From Octopus sinensis (taxonomy: Eukaryota), in the NCBI RefSeq assembly GCF_006345805.1, contig NC_043025.1, forward strand, positions 5,456,001 through 5,520,000: DNA of 64,000 nucleotides, written 5' to 3'. Of this stretch, positions 63,387 through 64,000 are shown one piece after another. A model generated the notes under the pieces. The model was not told the origin of the DNA. It ran no database searches and saw only the letters and a list, made by a program, of their open reading frames with translations. A program made the position numbers and the translations under genes. Within the stretch, counting starts at the first letter, position 1. Every line of letters starts with the position of its first letter.

Positions 63387-63484
63387 GAAGTCATTGATGT
63401 TTCTGCCTGTGGTTGTGGAGAGAAGTTCCAGTCTGTGATTGTCTCACCTGAATTTGCTGGTAAATCTTTATTGAGTCAACACAG
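63387..63484 (+). CDS. BOLA2: BolA-like protein 2 internal exon (98 nt, phase 0-2): EVIDVSACGCGEKFQSVIVSPEFAGKSLLSQH(R)
   Basis: ttttaaattacag|GAA...CACAG|gtgagt; matches the BolA2 pattern D.S.GCG.KF...IVS..F.GK.LL..HR, including the GCG cysteine; flanking exons not found in the window. Confidence 0.8.
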
Positions 63485-63649
63485 GTGAGTCTGTTTGTCT
63501 CCTGAATTTGCATAATTAACGAAGAGTAGAGCTGAGCCTGTGGAAAAATAGACACATGACCGTTTATCTCCTTTATAGAAGCACACCTTTTTGTCTGCGT
63601 TCTTGTTAACTCTTTCTCTTTCCATCTCTGGCCAGGTAACCAGGTATCG

Positions 63650-64000
63650 GATCTTTTTGGTTTGAACGGCAGTTTTTTAAAATAATTTCCACGCAACTAA
63701 ACACTTTTAAACTTCGTATACTGGTAGAATGTGTTTATAAAACATCTTTTTCTCTTGGCTTTATTGAGAAAATTCTATGGTTTGTAAGATATTTGTTGGG
63801 TTTTTTTTCTTCAATTTCTGCAATTTCAACCAATCACTGATGTCTATTGAGGTGAAAACATTCTGTGCCGTATGAATATGTCCCTCGTTTAAGGAACAGA
63901 GATCTTTTCGGTTTGACCGGCAGTTTTTTAAAATAATTTCCACGTAACTAAAAAATTTTAAACTTCGTATACTGGTAGAATGTGTTTATAAAACATCTTT
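63650..64000. repeat. ~252-bp tandem repeat running off the window end
   Basis: gatcttt(t/c)ggtttga(a/c)cggcagttttttaaaataatttccacg at about 63649 and 63901. Confidence 0.75.

Overview
Eukaryotic, repeat-dense, mostly intronic window. The SINE, RTE-tail and (TA)n content resembles what I recall from Octopus genomes; this is an inference, no search was run. Five + strand exons with canonical AG/GT ends join in one open frame and encode the central beta-propeller part of nucleoporin NUP88 (2238-2407, 15337-15462, 17335-17589, 46336-46552, 48564-48735; phases 0-2-2-2-0-1). The first exon and the 3' half of NUP88 were not found. After a 100-N gap (55664-55763), one + strand exon encoding a BolA2-like segment appears at 63387-63484 and is absent from the ORF track. 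The rest is transposon-derived or simple repeat: at least three tRNA-headed SINE families, two 5'-truncated RTE-type LINEs plus many 3' tails, CR1-, Tx1- and Chapaev-like fragments, non-autonomous Helitrons, and piggyBac-, Tc1- and Merlin-like MITEs. The most striking property is that unrelated mobile elements have repeatedly become tandem arrays. These include a 12.7-kb 139-bp satellite with higher-order structure grown from one end of an (AAT)n-flanked element, 187-bp and 127-bp SINE arrays, a 103-bp RTE minisatellite and a MITE trimer. There are also many long hairpins. Exon coordinates were counted by hand and frame-checked. Repeat boundaries are approximate, and family names come from recalled motifs, not database hits.
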